Part shown: piece after piece, positions 31,669-50,108 of the stretch
Layout: each line of letters opens with the position of its first letter
Numbering within the stretch: position 1 is the stretch's first letter
Origin: the human T2T-CHM13v2.0 reference genome, Homo sapiens
Reading direction: 5' to 3' (one strand)
DNA length: 64,000 nt
Assembly (NCBI RefSeq): GCF_009914755.1
Contig: NC_060933.1
Position numbers and translations under genes: made by a program
The notes under the pieces: generated by a model
The model's database searches: none
What the model saw: only the letters and a program-made list of their open reading frames with translations
Told to the model about the DNA's origin: nothing

Positions 31669-31966
31669 TTTTTTTTTTTTTTTTTTTTGAGACAGAGTCG
31701 CTCTGTCACCCAGGCTGGAGGGTGGTGGTGCCATCTCGGCTCACTGCAACCTCTGCCTCTCAGGTACAAGCGATTCTTGTGTCTCAATCTCCTGAGTAGC
31801 TGGGACTACAGGTGCCCACCACTATGCCCAGCCACTTTTGTATTTTAGTAGAGATAGGGTTTCACCACATTGGTCAGGCTGATCTTGAACTCCTGACCTC
31901 AGGTGATCTACCCACCTCGGCCTCCCAAAGTGCTGGGATTACAGACATGAGCCACCACACCTGGCC
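31669..31966 (-). mobile_element. AluS
   Basis: Antisense Alu consensus. Confidence 0.95.
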
Positions 31967-33479
31967 CGATAGGCGCTTACATTTTTGTCTGTCTTATTCT
32001 TTCTCGTATTCATTGGGATTCCTGCTCACTCTTCCTTCTTGAAATTGAAGCTAATAATCAGAAAGCCACCCTGGATGATTTTATGGCTTACAGTAATTCC
32101 CTGTGAGCCTTACCAACCTGATTTTGCTTGTGACCATGTGCACTGCCTCTCACAGTGTATAACATCATCCTCAGCTTAGGACCACACTGCCTGGCTTCCG
32201 TTTCTGGCTCTCCAATTCTCATGAATCAGTGTGACCTGGGAAAGAGTGTGCATTAGATTAATTTTACATGAAAATGTGTAATACAGACTTAAGCCATCCA
32301 CAGAAATTCCAGTCTTTCTATTAGTGTCTGATGGGGCAATGATTAAAATAGACTGAAATATATTATTTTTATATCTTCCTAGGTTTCCACTTTCAAACCT
32401 GAATTATTGTTAGTTTTCAGTATCTGTGCTATAGGACAGTTAGTTTGTTGTGGAAGAAAAAAATGAATATGACAGCTCATGTGTGGGGTTTTTGCCTTTT
32501 AGAATCCAAAGAGTCTAATAAACATACAGGGAAGTCATTTTAGAATAAACAGGATTAAAAATGATCTGTAGACTCAAACAGAGTCTGCAAGAACTCATGC
32601 CATGTCTGCTTTGACATCCTTTTAAAAATCATGATGTCAGATGAAGTCAAAATAAAATTCTTAAATACCTCCAGACACAGATGGCACAGTGGATCATCCA
32701 TTATAAAAGCATTTTGTTCCCAGCCTTCCTCCCTCCTCCCCAAACTGGGGTTTCTATTTCACATTCTTGCCAGAAATATTCAGCTGTAACCCTGAAGTAA
32801 TTTGCTGACCCTCTGAGCACGGAGACCAGGGAGCAAGTTCGGTCTGGCTGTGTGACAGTGTTTTTTGGTCTATTTCCAGTCACACTGACATGCCACACAT
32901 CACTGGTTAGATCCAACCCTGCTAACAAACACCTAATTAATCAGCTAAAATACAGAAGACCTACAGCACTTGTGAACAAAACAATAAATATTTTTAACAG
33001 CACTTATTTAGTCACAATGGCAGCCCCTCTCAGAGCACACAAGAACAAATTTTAAGTATTTCTGTAATGCACATCATATTTGTGTTTTCACCATTTTGTT
33101 TAACGTTCTAATGAGGAATTAATTAGGTTAGGAAATGAACGCAGAGTATTCCATTTTTGTTATCTGGCATTTGTCATGTGGACTGAAAATTAAAGCAACT
33201 TGATATAGTAAAGTGGAGATGCTCAACACTTAGAAGCTTTGAGAATCCAGGTGGCCCAGGGTGCACTGTGCATTCCTGTGCACACCATACCATAGAGAAT
33301 AGCACTCACCACAGTCTAGAATGTATTTCTGAACCAAAAGATATACTGGAGTATAGAAGGGTATTCATCTCAATGTTTGTTTTCCCCAAATAAAACAGTA
33401 GGGAATTTGGGTCTGACACCTACCAAAAAGAGCATATAAATGATCACTTATATGAACCTAACACAGTATTCTAATTTAA

Positions 33480-33640
33480 GGAAGTTGTTCAGTTTGGGCT
33501 CTGAAGCTAGACAGTGTGGGTTCACATTCTTTCTCTGTCACTAGAACAGATTGTCTTTGTTCCTTCACAGGGTTGTAATGAAGATTCAGTGAGTCAATAG
33601 GAGTAAAGCACAGAGTATAAATGCTCAATGAAAGTTGGCT
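33480..33640. mobile_element. MIR
   Basis: cttcacagggttgtaatgaagattcagtgag...gtaaagcac...aaatgctcaat. Confidence 0.55.
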
Positions 33641-34084
33641 GACGTTGTTGTTATGGTTAGAGTATTTCCAGAAATAGAAATGTAGATCTAGAACAAATGA
33701 TGCCACACAGAAATTGTACAAGTGGTCTTTTGTTTTCAGCCTAAATTTTTATCTTCATTATTCTGGGTGATGCCCCTACCCAATTATTATACCTCTCCAA
33801 CTAACCATTGTATCAATATAAAGAAGTACATAGATAACAATGGGAAACACAAAATTGATAAATGTTCAGTCCAGAGTCATTCAGAATCCGTGTCAAAGCT
33901 CAAAACGAAGTATATTAGCGGCCAATCCATAGAATTCTGTTCATTTCTCCTAGAGTTGAAGATTTGATGATGGTGTCACTTTTCAGTATGCAAAAAAGTG
34001 TTATTTTTAGCAGCATCATAATGCTTAACACTATATTTAATTTCTTAAAATTACAACTAGAGCATGCATCATAAGAAATTAATA

Positions 34085-34620
34085 GTTCAAGCATAGGCAA
34101 CGTAGTGAGACCTTGTCTCTACAAAAAAATTTTTTTTAATTATCTGGTCATGTTATCCTGTGCCTGTAGCCTCAGCTACTCAGGAAACTGAGGTAGGATG
34201 ATCTCTTGAGCCCAGGAGGTTGATTTGAGGCTGCAGTGAGCTGTGATCACACCACTACACTCCAGCCTGGGTGACAGAATGAGACCTTGTCTGTGGGTGG
34301 GGGTGGTGGGGGGAGATTGTGCACGGTGGCTCACACCTGTAATTCTAGCATTCTGAGAGCTGAGGCTGGCAGAGTGCTTGAGCCCAGGAGTTCGAGACCA
34401 TCCTGGGCAATATGGTAAAACCCCGTCTTTACTAAAAATACAAAAATTTGCCAGGCGTGATGGCAGATGCCCGTAGTCCCAGCTACTCAGGAGGCTGAGG
34501 TGGGAAGATCACCGGCGCCCTAGAGGTGGAGGCTGCAGTGAGCCATGATTGTCACCCACTCTAGCCTGGGTGACAGAGTGAGACCCTGTCTCAAAAAAAG
34601 AAAAGAAAAAGGAAAAAGAA
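34085..34620 (+). mobile_element. Two tandem Alus (about 34085-34292 truncated; about 34315-34620)
   Basis: Alu consensus. Confidence 0.9.
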
Positions 34621-35594
34621 ATTAAAAGTTCAGAAGAGCATATAATAAAAGAGTTAAAGCCTCCCTGGCACACTCCTGTGGTAGCCCGCGTGTGTTTGGT
34701 ATTTACAGATGTCCATGCTTGCACGTCTGTATTTTAGAAACATATATTTTTGTAATAAAATTTGAATCATACATAGTCTGCCTCTTTGTTTTTTCACCTA
34801 AAAGGTCACGAACATTTTTCTAGGATTTGAGAGACAATGTCTTGGTTTTGATGGAATTGGAACCTGATAGTGACCAGAGGTGTTCTGTATTTTTTAATTC
34901 CTGATAGTATGAGTTTAATGCATTTAATATTTTCTTTTATAAAATAAAAAAGTTAAGAGGAAATGAGTTTCTGTTATAACAAAAATGTTGGTAAAAAAAA
35001 GTTTATTCTTCCTGTAAATCAGTTGGATTGTTTTCGTTTGAGGCATAGATTAGTGTTTTCTTTTTTTAATTACTATTTTCTTCTAGAGAGGGAAGAGGAG
35101 AGAGAAAATTCCAGATAAATGACTTACAGATACTCTAAAAATATATAACTGTCTCTGAGCAAATACAAACAAAACTATAACAGTGGAATTTAACTGCCTG
35201 CCCCATGATTTATAGAACATTCATCTCTCATACTGAAAAGACCTGCTTTTTAAAATCAGCTTCCGTATTTATACTCTTAGTTATCTTAGTTCATCAAAAG
35301 TTAATGAACTCGAAGTCATTCCCATAACTATGAAAGTAAGTTGTAGACAAGAGATCTGAGCCAAAGCAAAAGTAGTCATTACAAAATACGTTTCTAGGTA
35401 GTTTTCTCCTCGTTCAAATAATATATCATTTACCTGTCTTAGCACTTGGCTTCTTAATCACTTTCTTTTAATGCTCAAAAGCACCAAAACAATGCAATCC
35501 AAGTGTTTCTGGGACCCTGCAGATATAAAAATATGATGTAGGTAGTGGAAGGCCTAGAAGTCAGAAGAGCTGACCTCTCATACTGGCTGTGTAG

Positions 35595-35984
<390 letters not shown>

Positions 35985-36254
35985 TAGGGTGAGATTAGTT
36001 TTTCTCCTACAGTCCCTTCAGCAGGATTATTCTGTACAAGTGTGAGTTAACTGTTTATGTTGGTGACCACACATGTATTAGCATTCAGGCTGAGGTCTGA
36101 GAGGAGAGCGTAGAAACAACATATTTGTCCTTTCTCCTCTATCAAAGCTACGTGCTTTTCCTCACAAAGTAGTATGTACCAAAAAAGACGATGGTCCTTC
36201 ATGAATAATCTCTACTGCCTGTTCCCCAAACCATCATTTGGGCTTAAAGAGTGA

Positions 36255-36584
<330 letters not shown>

Positions 36585-37061
36585 TCAAGCCCTTTTTCTT
36601 AAAAACAAACATTATTTCAGATCCCTTTGAATTTTTAGTCATACTTTGGGAAAGTAACCTAAATATTTGAAAGGACTCCATAATGAATTGGAAATTTCAG
36701 TCCTACCTGTTCTCAATGAGTAAGTTTAGATGTTCTTTAAAAATTAAATCAGAATGTCAAGCTGAAAATGTGGCACAGCTACATGGTTAGTTAGCTGGCT
36801 ACACTCTTCTTTTTTGTGTTTTCAGAAAGTTCTTGGCACTATCAATACAAATGTAGATCAGCATACCAGAACAGTTGGAATAGGTGAACAGAGCAACTTT
36901 TAAAATCCATTTTAATATATTTTTTCAAATTGATTTTCTAACAAATTTGGAAACCCATGGCTATATACCAATAACTAATACCCATTCTGGACAGATAAAT
37001 GTTACACAGAAGACTGGAGAATTGATCTCTTTAAAACCCATTCAGCTCTAGTTTTGGGTGA

Positions 37062-37192
37062 TTTTTTTTTTCTTTTTTTAAGAGATGGGGTCTTGCTTTG
37101 TCACCCAGACTAGAGTGCAGTGGCATGATCCGGGCTCACGCCACTGCAGCCCCCAACTTCTGGGCTCAGGGCTCAAGTGATCCTCCCACCTT
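37062..37192 (-). mobile_element. Alu fragment
   Basis: Right-arm antisense sequence. Confidence 0.8.
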
Positions 37193-37667
37193 CCAGCTCT
37201 AGTTTCACTGAATTATTTTTCTTGTAAAACAGTTTGCTTTTAACATTCCTTTATGTCAAGGACATAAAGTTTTCATTTTAAGTGGCTTGTTTTTCATTAT
37301 AGTCATCTCATTTGCCTTAGAATTTAATATATGGATAATTATAAAAGCTAAGTGCACTTCGGAATGATAATTAATGCATCAAAGGTGTTCCTCTTATTTT
37401 CCAGGACACTGAGATTTCTGTCACTTGTTGTCCTTTAGTGATCACTAATCTGACCAAGTCGTAAAATGAGGCTCATGCTTTATTGGTGTTTATGGCCGTT
37501 ATAAGTTTGAGTTAATGATAGAAGACTTCACAGTTGCCCACTCTGCTGTCCATTAACTTCCCAGTTGTGCCTGTGAAAACCGTTGCCACCTGGTGAGAAT
37601 TTTGAGCATCTAGACCAGAGTGCCAGAATTCTGAAGGTGTTTTGTAATTACTCCACATGTTGCTGTC

Positions 37668-38112
37668 GTTTTGTTTTGTTGAGACAAGGTCTCACTCTGT
37701 CTTCCAGGCTGGAGTGCAGTGGTGCAATCATAGCTCACCATAGCCCCTAACTGCCAAGCTCAAGCTGTCCTCACACGTGAACCTCCCAATAGCTAGGACT
37801 ACAGACACTTACCACCATGCCCAGCTGTTTTTTGTTTTGTTGTGTTCTGTTTGTTAGAGAGGGGGGTCTCACTATGTTGCTCAGGCTGATCTGCAACTCC
37901 CAGGCTCAAGCAATTAACCTACCTCAGCCTCACTAAGTGCTGGGATTACAGGCGTAAGCCAATGCACCCAGCCTGTTTTTTGTTTTTCCTCAGAGACGGG
38001 GTTTCATTCTGTCACCCAGGTTGGAATGCAGTCTCAATCTCCCAGCCTCAAACCATCCTCCAGCCTCAGCCCCTCAAAGTACTGGGATTACAGGTGTGAG
38101 CCACTCCCAGCC
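37668..38112 (-). mobile_element. AluJ plus adjacent Alu monomer
   Basis: Antisense Alu consensus; flanking tgtaattactcc repeat. Confidence 0.88.
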
Positions 38113-38319
38113 TGTAATTACTCCTGTTTTTATCCCTATTGTTCAGGGAACATTTACTTTCTGTTTAGTATGAACATCTACCATTAGTGGCCCAGGGCTG
38201 TTAATTAAACCACCAGCAGTTCCTAAAAATTCACATGGATCCAAGTTGATGGGTTGAAACTAGAGGGGAGTCTAAATTCTTAATTTCAGTAGTCAGCTTT
38301 TATATTGGTTAATTTAATT

Positions 38320-38390
38320 CAGTGGATCTCAATCCTGGCAGCACAATAGAATCACCTAGGGAGAAGTTTGAAAATACTGATGCCTGCAAT
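38320..38390. mobile_element. MER5-like hAT element, left part (right part at about 39690-39783)
   Basis: cagtggatctcaatcctggc...agaatcacct and caggtgattctaa...gggttgaaacgactg. Confidence 0.6.
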
Positions 38391-39329
38391 TGGAGACACT
38401 AGTTGTATTACCAAGGCTTTGACTGGAATGGCATGTTTACAGAGTGCTTTGGGGAACTGAAGTTGATCTTTAGAGCCAATGGAAGCCCCTTGGAAAAACT
38501 GACCTCCCTCATACCTTGTCCTTTACAGGGTTCCTAACCTGTGGTAAGTAAAGAATGTCACTTTCTGACAAGCTCAGGAGCCCCACGTTATTTTGGGACC
38601 TCGGGAAAAGAGGAAGTCACCTAATTTATATAGGTATCTGCAGGCACAAATAAATTCTTGGCTGGGCTCAAGAGGTTTGTAAAAGGTCTAATTTGAGATT
38701 CCTTATGAAAAATGTCAGCAAAGTCAATGTAAAAGAAAAAGGGGGGGCTATATGGCAAATACTTACTCTTGCTGCACTTTATGCAAATAATTAGCCCAAG
38801 CATAATAAGACTAAAACTTATTTTGGAAATAAATTGGTCCTACTATGATTGGTCTTTGGTAGAAATAGAAAACCAGAGAGAGAAAAATTATGTTTCAGAA
38901 AAACTATAGTACCCCTTTTATTGACTCCAGCTTTGTCCACTTTTTTGGATAAGGTCATCTGCTGATAACTCAATAATTGATTGGTTCTCAGGGTCATTTA
39001 CCTGGGTCCCTCAAGGCTTCAGGTTGGTTCTACATGGACTCCTGAAGCTAGGACTTTCACTTCTTGTGGTAGGGCTTACTATTAATCTTACAGTCTGCTG
39101 TTCACTTATGTGCTGTACTAAAACTGTGGATAAGAATGACCCCAACCAGACACCAGTGAAGGCATACGGTCAACTTGAAGACGGTTTCACTCCTCTTACC
39201 TTGGGGGCAACCCCTTCCCCAACAATGTTCCATAAGCAAGAAGAAATTAGAGCTGTCATTAGCCTTTCCCATCTCCATAGCTCACACCTCAGGATTGAGG
39301 TGTACCGAAACCCAAGGGGGTGGGGACAT
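38390..39329 (+). mobile_element. ERV1 (MER4-group) internal fragment ending in a polypurine tract
   Basis: Resembles MER4-int-like sequence; aagggggtgggga PPT directly before the LTR. Confidence 0.65.
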
Positions 39330-39570
39330 TGAAACTGCCTTTCCAAAATCATGACAGTAAAAGAAACCTGACATAGCTGACTCCGTCTTACTTCTGACCT
39401 CCAAGCTGTCCTTGTTCATTCCTAGGCACAGGCCAAGCTAACTGTGGGTAGAATTTGGTTTATAATTTAACCTTAAAGCAAGGATGATAATAGCCCTTCC
39501 CAAGACTAAACTGCCTTTGTAAAACTAATGAAAGCACACAAGGTTAGAATTATGGACGGGCCCTGAATTC
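39330..39570 (+). mobile_element. 5' part of an LTR8-family LTR (3'-truncated)
   Basis: tgaaactgcctttccaaaatcatgac...ctccaagctgtccttgttcattcct matches the recalled LTR8-family start. Confidence 0.75.
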
Positions 39571-39631
39571 TATTTTATTTATTTTATTTTTTTGAGATGG
39601 AGTTTCACTTCAACTGCAAATAAGTGTTCAT

Positions 39632-39688
39632 TCTCTCTCTCTCTCTCTGTCTCTCTGTCTGTCTGCCTCTCTTGCTCTCTCTCTCTCA
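39632..39688. repeat. (TC)n / TCTG microsatellite
   Basis: Directly visible. Confidence 0.9.
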
Positions 39689-40619
39689 TATCTGGACCCA
39701 TCCAGATCATTGTATCTACATTTTTTAAAGTCTCACCCTCGATTCAGGTGATTCTAAAGGGTAGCTAGGGTTGAAACGACTGAATTTTGTTTGTTGGCCT
39801 CTTTGTTCTTTGGCTTTCCTGGCTGCACGTTTTCTTCGTTTTGCTCAAACACAGCAGTCATTTGTCAGTCTTACATTGGTGCATGCGGTGCCTACAACTA
39901 CAAGTGGGTCCTTATCAAGTTCAGAGAATTGTTTATAGGCCACTCAAGACCAGCCAGAGTTTCAACACCATCCAAAGAACATTTTCTGGCAATATAGGTG
40001 ACCAATTCCCTCTGACTTGACAAAGGAGAGCCAGTTTGGAATTTAATGAGGTTCTTTTCCTTACCAGTTAAGCCTCAGTAGAATCCTCATGACCTTTGGT
40101 TGAATTACATGGACACTTATTAAAGGCTCTCAATGGTCCCGCACTGTTCTAAGCACTGGACAGGACACCAAATAAGAATGTAGCAGGGAGGAACTCAAGA
40201 TGCTGACCATCTCATTGAGGAGACAGGGCATATTTGAATCTGGACCGTAAGTGCTACAGGACAATGATGGGGAAAAAAGACATCTCTGTGGAATGGTTGG
40301 CATGGTATCATAGAAAAAAGACTAGAGAAGATAGAATTTGGGCCAAGCCTTGAAAAGAGTATGGGTCGAATTCAGCTGGTGAAGGATGGCGAATTTCCAG
40401 ACCTGTAGGATGATCTAATTACTCCCTACTCACAGAGTTGGAGTAATTAAGTCACAGGACCACTCTGAACAGAATGGACAGAGTGGAGGAGTAGCTGAGA
40501 GGTAAAGTTCCCGCAGGCAAGATGAAACCTTCCACCTTGACCCTTGGATGCCTGCAGGAGGAGGTGGACCTTGATTGGAGAAGCTTTAAAAAGCCCTAGT
40601 TTACAAAAGTAAGCTGTGG

Positions 40620-41740
40620 TGAGAAAAATTATAGCACCTGGTATTCCTGGGTGACACTATCTGGAAGGGGTGGGAGGAAAGGCTTACCAGGTTGTTAGAA
40701 ATGTTCTGTATCTCTGTTACAGAGGTGGTTACACAGGCGTATACATTTACCAAATTCCATCCGACTTACACTTAAAATCAGTGCATTTTCGTGGGGCATG
40801 GCCACAAGCACCTGGGTCCTGTGTCCTAGCTACTCCAAAGGCCAAGGTGGGAGGATTGCTTGAGCCCAGGAGTTCAAGGCTACAGTTAGCTATGATCACA
40901 TTCCATTGCACTCTAGCCTGGGTGACAGTGTGAGACCCTGTCTGTAATTCATTCTGTGCATTTTATTGTCTATAAATTGTGTTTGAATTTTTTAAAAATT
41001 TTAAGTTGTATTTAAACAAAGAGAACCTATGGATTAAAAGACTTTAAAATAATAGCAACCAATGGAAATACATGACTGGAATTCTGATGCGAACACCCTA
41101 TTAAAGAAATTTTTTAGAGACTATTGGAGATTGGGCACAGTAGCTCATGCCTGTAATTCCAGTACTTTCAGAGGCCAAGGTGGGTGGATAGCTTGAACCC
41201 AGCAGTTCGAGACTAGCCTGGGCAACATAGTGAAACCCATCTCTATTAAAAATACGAAAAAAAAAAAAAAAAGAAGCCAGGCGTGGTTTTGTACGTCTGT
41301 GGTCCCAGCTACTTGGGGGGCTGAGGCGGGAGGATTGATTAAGCCTGGGAGACAGGTTGCGGTGAGCAGAGATCACGCCACTGCACTCCAGCCTGGGTGA
41401 CAGAGTGAGATGCCATATCAAAAAAAAAGACTATTGGAGAAATTTGAATACTGACTGGATTATGTGATAATCATACTTATCTTTTTTTAAGATTTGATAG
41501 TTTTAGCCTCAATGGTTTGCATTTTTTAGAGTTCTCTTAGGGACATATACTGAAATATTTATGGATGAAAATGATTGAATCTCTAGCTGTTGCTTCAAAA
41601 TAATCTAGTGTGAGTGGGCAGAGGGAGTTATCAGGGAAACCAGATGTTTTCTAATCATTGTTGAAGCTAGTAATGGGAAGACAGGAGTTTATTAAACTAT
41701 TATCTACTTTTGTATCTGTTTTATGGTTTCAATAATAGTC
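40620..41740 (+). mobile_element. Old L1M 3' fragments interrupted by Alus
   Basis: aaatgttctgtatct...ggtggttacacagg; actgaaatatttatggatgaaaatgat...ttgttgaagct. Confidence 0.5.
41130..41428 (+). mobile_element. AluJ
   Basis: Alu consensus; TSD agactattggaga. Confidence 0.93.
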
Positions 41741-41834
41741 AAAACTATCATGTATTTGCATTTAAAAAGTCATTGTTGGTTATTGAAGAGGAAAATGCTT
41801 CGTACAAGCATTTCTCTACAAAGAGTGTTCTGGC

Positions 41835-42152
<318 letters not shown>

Positions 42153-42591
42153 TTAACTAGTGAGACTTTTTGGAGGCCGCTGCAATATTTTCTAAGTAAT
42201 GATGAATGGACTTGGAGAAGGAAAAATGAAGATAAATGCCCTGCTTTATCTACTTTGCTTAAAATAAGTCAAAGGCACATTAGGCATTTCATATTTGCAG
42301 TTAGGGGACATCAAGTCACATAGTGTTAAACGTTGTTTGGACCGCTGAATTCAGTATTGTGTGTATGTGTGTTGAGGAGGAAGTTGGAGTTGTAAAGGAA
42401 TCGTCCAGGTAGCCCCCATGTCCCACAGCTAAAGGAGAAAGCATTGTGCTGTTGATTTGGGGACAGGGGACTGTTCACCGAATTAGGAAATGTGAGTTCT
42501 CGTTCAGCTCTGTGGCCTGGGGCAAGTCCTGAACCTAGCTGGCCTTCAGAATCCTTAGCTGGAAGTCTGGAATTAAAAATTAGGTGATATC

Positions 42592-42835
<244 letters not shown>

Positions 42836-42909
42836 TTTAGATGATCTCTAATGCCTTACATTGAATTTTTTGCCAGCTCTCACTCTTTTACTATAGCGTC
42901 ATTGTTTTA

Positions 42910-43090
42910 AACCAGTCAAAGTAGACCACCTGCATCAGTGATTCTTGTAGGTGGTGGGGAATGTCAGAAATGCCATCACTTGGCCCCCATCCCAGAACTG
43001 CAGAATGATCTCCTGGCAGCATGTTCCTGGGAATCTGCATTTTAGCCAATGTCACAGGTGATTCTTATGAAGAATAGAACTCAGAGCAGT
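42910..43090. mobile_element. MER5-like DNA transposon
   Basis: ccacctgcatcag...gggaatctgcatttt...caggtgattcttatg. Confidence 0.65.
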
Positions 43091-43676
43091 TTTAGGGCTT
43101 GTTATTCGTTCTTTTTCTTCATATTGCCTCAAAATACAATCAACACTTAAGCTGCTTTTCTTCTAAGAATCTAAGAGATTTCAGAGCTTTACTTTGAAAG
43201 GGATAAAGTTGTGATCACCTGACATTGTGAGTAGATTTAAATGTTTAATTTTTGTTAGTAATTTATAAAGTATAATTTAGGAAATACTAGAGACAAAAAG
43301 AAAAAAGTTATAGTAGCCTGTGACTCTTTAGCCTTAGCAAAGCAGTGTTAAATGGGTTTCCTGTATATCCTTCCATGATTTTTCTAATACATACATATGT
43401 AAATATAATTATTTACTAATGCCAGTAGGCAGCAATGAGAACAAAACCTCTTTTGTATTTTTTTTTCCCATGAGTCAAACAAAAGACTTCAGATTCAGAT
43501 CAATTCTGGTGTGCTAGGGCAGGCCTTTCCTACAAGGGGTGGAGAGGCCAGCCTTTCTTCTCTTGGTGGGAATGGCCTGAGCTGTGTTGTGGGGCAGGCC
43601 GCTGATTTGTGTGATGTATCATTAGAGGGAATAAGCCCATTGATCTTTTCTAGTTTCCGTTAAACTTGAACTGAGA

Positions 43677-44299
<623 letters not shown>

Positions 44300-44619
44300 T
44301 TATTTACCAAAGTAGGTTTATTTTCTCCGTATTATTGTATGACCTATTTTTAATACACATCATGCTCATCTATGTTAATATTCTCCTATATCAAGATTTG
44401 TAATGGCCATATAGAATTCCTCTGTATAAATATACCAGTGCTTATATGGTTGTTTCTTACAAGCAGACTGTCTGCCTCTTTTTACTGTTTTAAACATGGA
44501 AACAATAGCCTTCTGTGTCTTTTTGTACATCCTTAGGATAAAACTTTTAGACAATTAAGTGAAATAATTTTTCATTTTTAAAAGTGATTTTGAACACAGT
44601 TAACCCATATTCACTATAG

Positions 44620-44951
<332 letters not shown>

Positions 44952-44998
44952 TAAAACTACCATAGCTGTTTCATTTAGCACAGAGTCAGATAACTTTT

Positions 44999-45000
<2 letters not shown>

Positions 45001-45046
<46 letters not shown>

Positions 45047-45052
45047 TGTGTG
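45001..45052. repeat. (TG)n microsatellite, about 26 units with one interruption
   Basis: Directly visible. Confidence 0.97.
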
Positions 45053-45170
45053 GTAATGTATTTTAATAGGATCACACAATACATGGAATTTTATTATCTG
45101 CTTTTTTCAATTAACCATATATTACAAACATTTTTCCACATCACCCACATTGAAAATTCTACAATATATC

Positions 45171-46420
<1,250 letters not shown>

Positions 46421-46559
46421 TATCTGTATACATTAATTACAAAATATTATTTAATCCAAATTGCTTCGGTCAGTATACAGATTTTAAGTGGCTAACATAT
46501 ACAAAAGCACTCTAGTAGATTTGTTAAGAGAAAGTTGATCAGAACTGTTTGATGCCCTC

Positions 46560-47280
46560 AAAATATTTACCATCTACAAGGGAGTCTAAAACCATCATAC
46601 AAGTCATCTTGTACATTGTATCACAGATCCCCAGGAGAAGGTACAAAAGATGGGCTGTGAGAGTTCAGGGCAAGAACATTGTTAGTGAAGGAGATCAGGG
46701 AAGGGTCTGAAGAGGCAGTGATGGGAGGGTGCGGCTGTGTGAAGATGGGGGAAGAAAGGTATTCCAGGTAGTAGAAGGGCATAAGCTGAGGCATGCTGCC
46801 AGGAAACAAGAGACCCGCATCTCTATACAGCGAGTCCTGGCACTTAATGGGATGCAGTCCCTGTCCCAGTAAGGACGACAGGAGGAGTGGGAAATGAAGT
46901 TGCGGGGGTCAGCCAGTACCAGGTTATGGATAGTTTAGAATCTCTGGCTCTGCAGTGTGGACTACATTTCCTGAGCAGTGGGTGCTTTTTAGGCGTTGTC
47001 ACATTTTGTTTTAGCTGGAATAATGATGGCATTGGAGCTGGCTGGGAGTAATGCTCTGAAGCATTGTGCCAGAGTGGAAGTAGTAATGGAAGAGGGGCAG
47101 TAAAATGCTACTTCCATGACTAGAAACCAAGGCTATGACGGTAGCAGCCAAAACAGAGAAAAGAAGAGGTGCTGTGGAGTTAGAATGACGAGGCCCGGCA
47201 GTCTGCCTACGCTAATGAAATCAGGAAAGCTGGAGCGTCAAAGGGGCTTCTGAGTTTTGGTGGCTGGGATAATAGTCCCA
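46560..47280. mobile_element. Degenerate L2 fragment
   Basis: Purine-rich L2-like motifs (gatcagggaaggg, aaaggtattccagg). Confidence 0.45.
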
Positions 47281-47372
47281 TTTTAAATTATGAGTGGCAA
47301 GAATTGTTTTTGTTGAAGCCTGCTTTTTCAGTCCTAGCATCACACACTCTGTACCTTTCTTTTTCCTGATAG

Positions 47373-47570
47373 GCAATTATTTGGGATATACCTGTAAGTG
47401 TGGGGGCCTTCAGTCAGGAAGTCCCTTAAGCTCCCAGACATCCCAGCCTGAGCAAGAAGTGGGGACCTCAGAAGGAAAGCCAATCAGCAGCCTGGATGCC
47501 TTCCCCACTCAGGAAGGTACGCTGTCTCCAGTGAACCTGACAGACGACCAGATCGCCGCTGGCCTCTATG
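47373..47570 (+). CDS. KANK1: KANK1 coding exon (198 nt; [10 protein letters not shown]...AAGLY)
   Basis: ttttcctgatag|GC AAT; TAT G|gtaact; frame continues from previous exon. Confidence 0.95.
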
Positions 47571-47724
47571 GTAACTTTTCTCACTCACAGTCATTGGCAT
47601 CAGGATTCTAGGGCCAGCATTGCCAGCATTCCAATTTAATGTCAATGTACCTTTTAAATTGACCTGGAAGAAAGTTAATATCGTTATTTGGAAGGTAGGC
47701 CCAGAATATCTTTAAATAAGGTTA

Positions 47725-48055
<331 letters not shown>

Positions 48056-48298
48056 TTACAAATTATGAAATATTTTAAATAGCATTTTATTCACGTTCTG
48101 GCAGGCATAAGTTTTTTCAGGTTATCTCAGCTGAAGAAGAATAATAATCCCTGTTTAGTACGTAAATGGTCCTTGAGGCTCGTGAGACACGACATCACTT
48201 TATAAGCAGTAAAGCCGGATACAAATGTCAGTTTTCACTGGCTTTGTTATGTCTGGAAGGACTAATTGATTTTTTTCCCATGTGAAGAATGTTATTAA

Positions 48299-48589
<291 letters not shown>

Positions 48590-49634
48590 TAAGGAAAGAT
48601 GGTGGTTCTAGAGGCTAATGCTGTCAGTCTCCTTTACCTCCTGCCTAAGTCACATTTCAAGGCGCCTAGTCGGGGAAGCGGCCACAGCGCAGTGATGAAA
48701 GATTCCCTCCTCAGAAAGGCAGAAAGGTGCATTTGGGCTTTGCTTTCCTCCTCTGGTGCTGTCTTTAAGGATTTGTCACTCTCTTAAGGATACCTGATGA
48801 AGCTGAGCGGTTTACATCTCCTCACCTCTGATCTGAAAGAAATAGTCTTCAGCGAACGCAGCAGGGTTCCTGCACTGTGTTGGACAACTTGTACTTACCT
48901 ATACGAGAACTCACAATTGAGCAGAAAAAGACTGAGAGCATCACTCTCTGGGCCAACGATCGTCATCTTTTCCTTCAAAATGGGTCCTTTTGCTTAGCTC
49001 TCCATGTTTACGACCCAAATTGTAGGGCCTTTCACAATTGATAACCACATCACCAGTTTGCTTTCTAAATAGAATGGTTATTGTTTGTTCCTTCTCTTTG
49101 CATTGGCCCACGTACATAGTTAAGCCCCTTTGTTGTCCTACAATTGAATCAAATCAATGAATTGATACATGGCCCCCACAAGAAAGAAATAATACAAAGT
49201 GTACCATTAGGGTTTAACCTTATGGTGCCTGTTTTCCAAATCTAGAAGTTTTATTCAGTGATAATGGCCAGGAGATTTTGGAGGGCATACACCAGAAAAA
49301 CTATCGATTGCCTATGTAATCTATTCCCCTTGATACTGGGAGAATTAATAGGATGAAATAGGAAGACATGGGGTGGGGGGGGGACAAAAAGCACCTACCG
49401 ATCTGTTTTCCATAAAGTATGTTTTCTCATGATTTATGCTAAGCCGGAGATGCCATTATTTTCTTTAACAAGTGTTACATGATACCAATTGGTTATATGA
49501 TACCGATAACCAGTTTAAGTTAGAGTCCATTCAAAACCACCAGGCATTTAAATAGACCTTACTTTGAACTTCTAAGTGCAGGATCTAAAACCACTAGTGA
49601 AATTTCTGGAGTCAATTAGCAAATCCCTTCATAG

Positions 49635-50108
<474 letters not shown>

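Noticed and set aside
37521-37540. CTCF-like motif (also near 59447 and 59831)
   Set aside because: One or two mismatches to consensus; cannot be separated from chance without ChIP data
39024-39332. 102-aa ORF as an ERV env remnant
   Set aside because: Lies in degenerate ERV sequence with no recognisable env motifs
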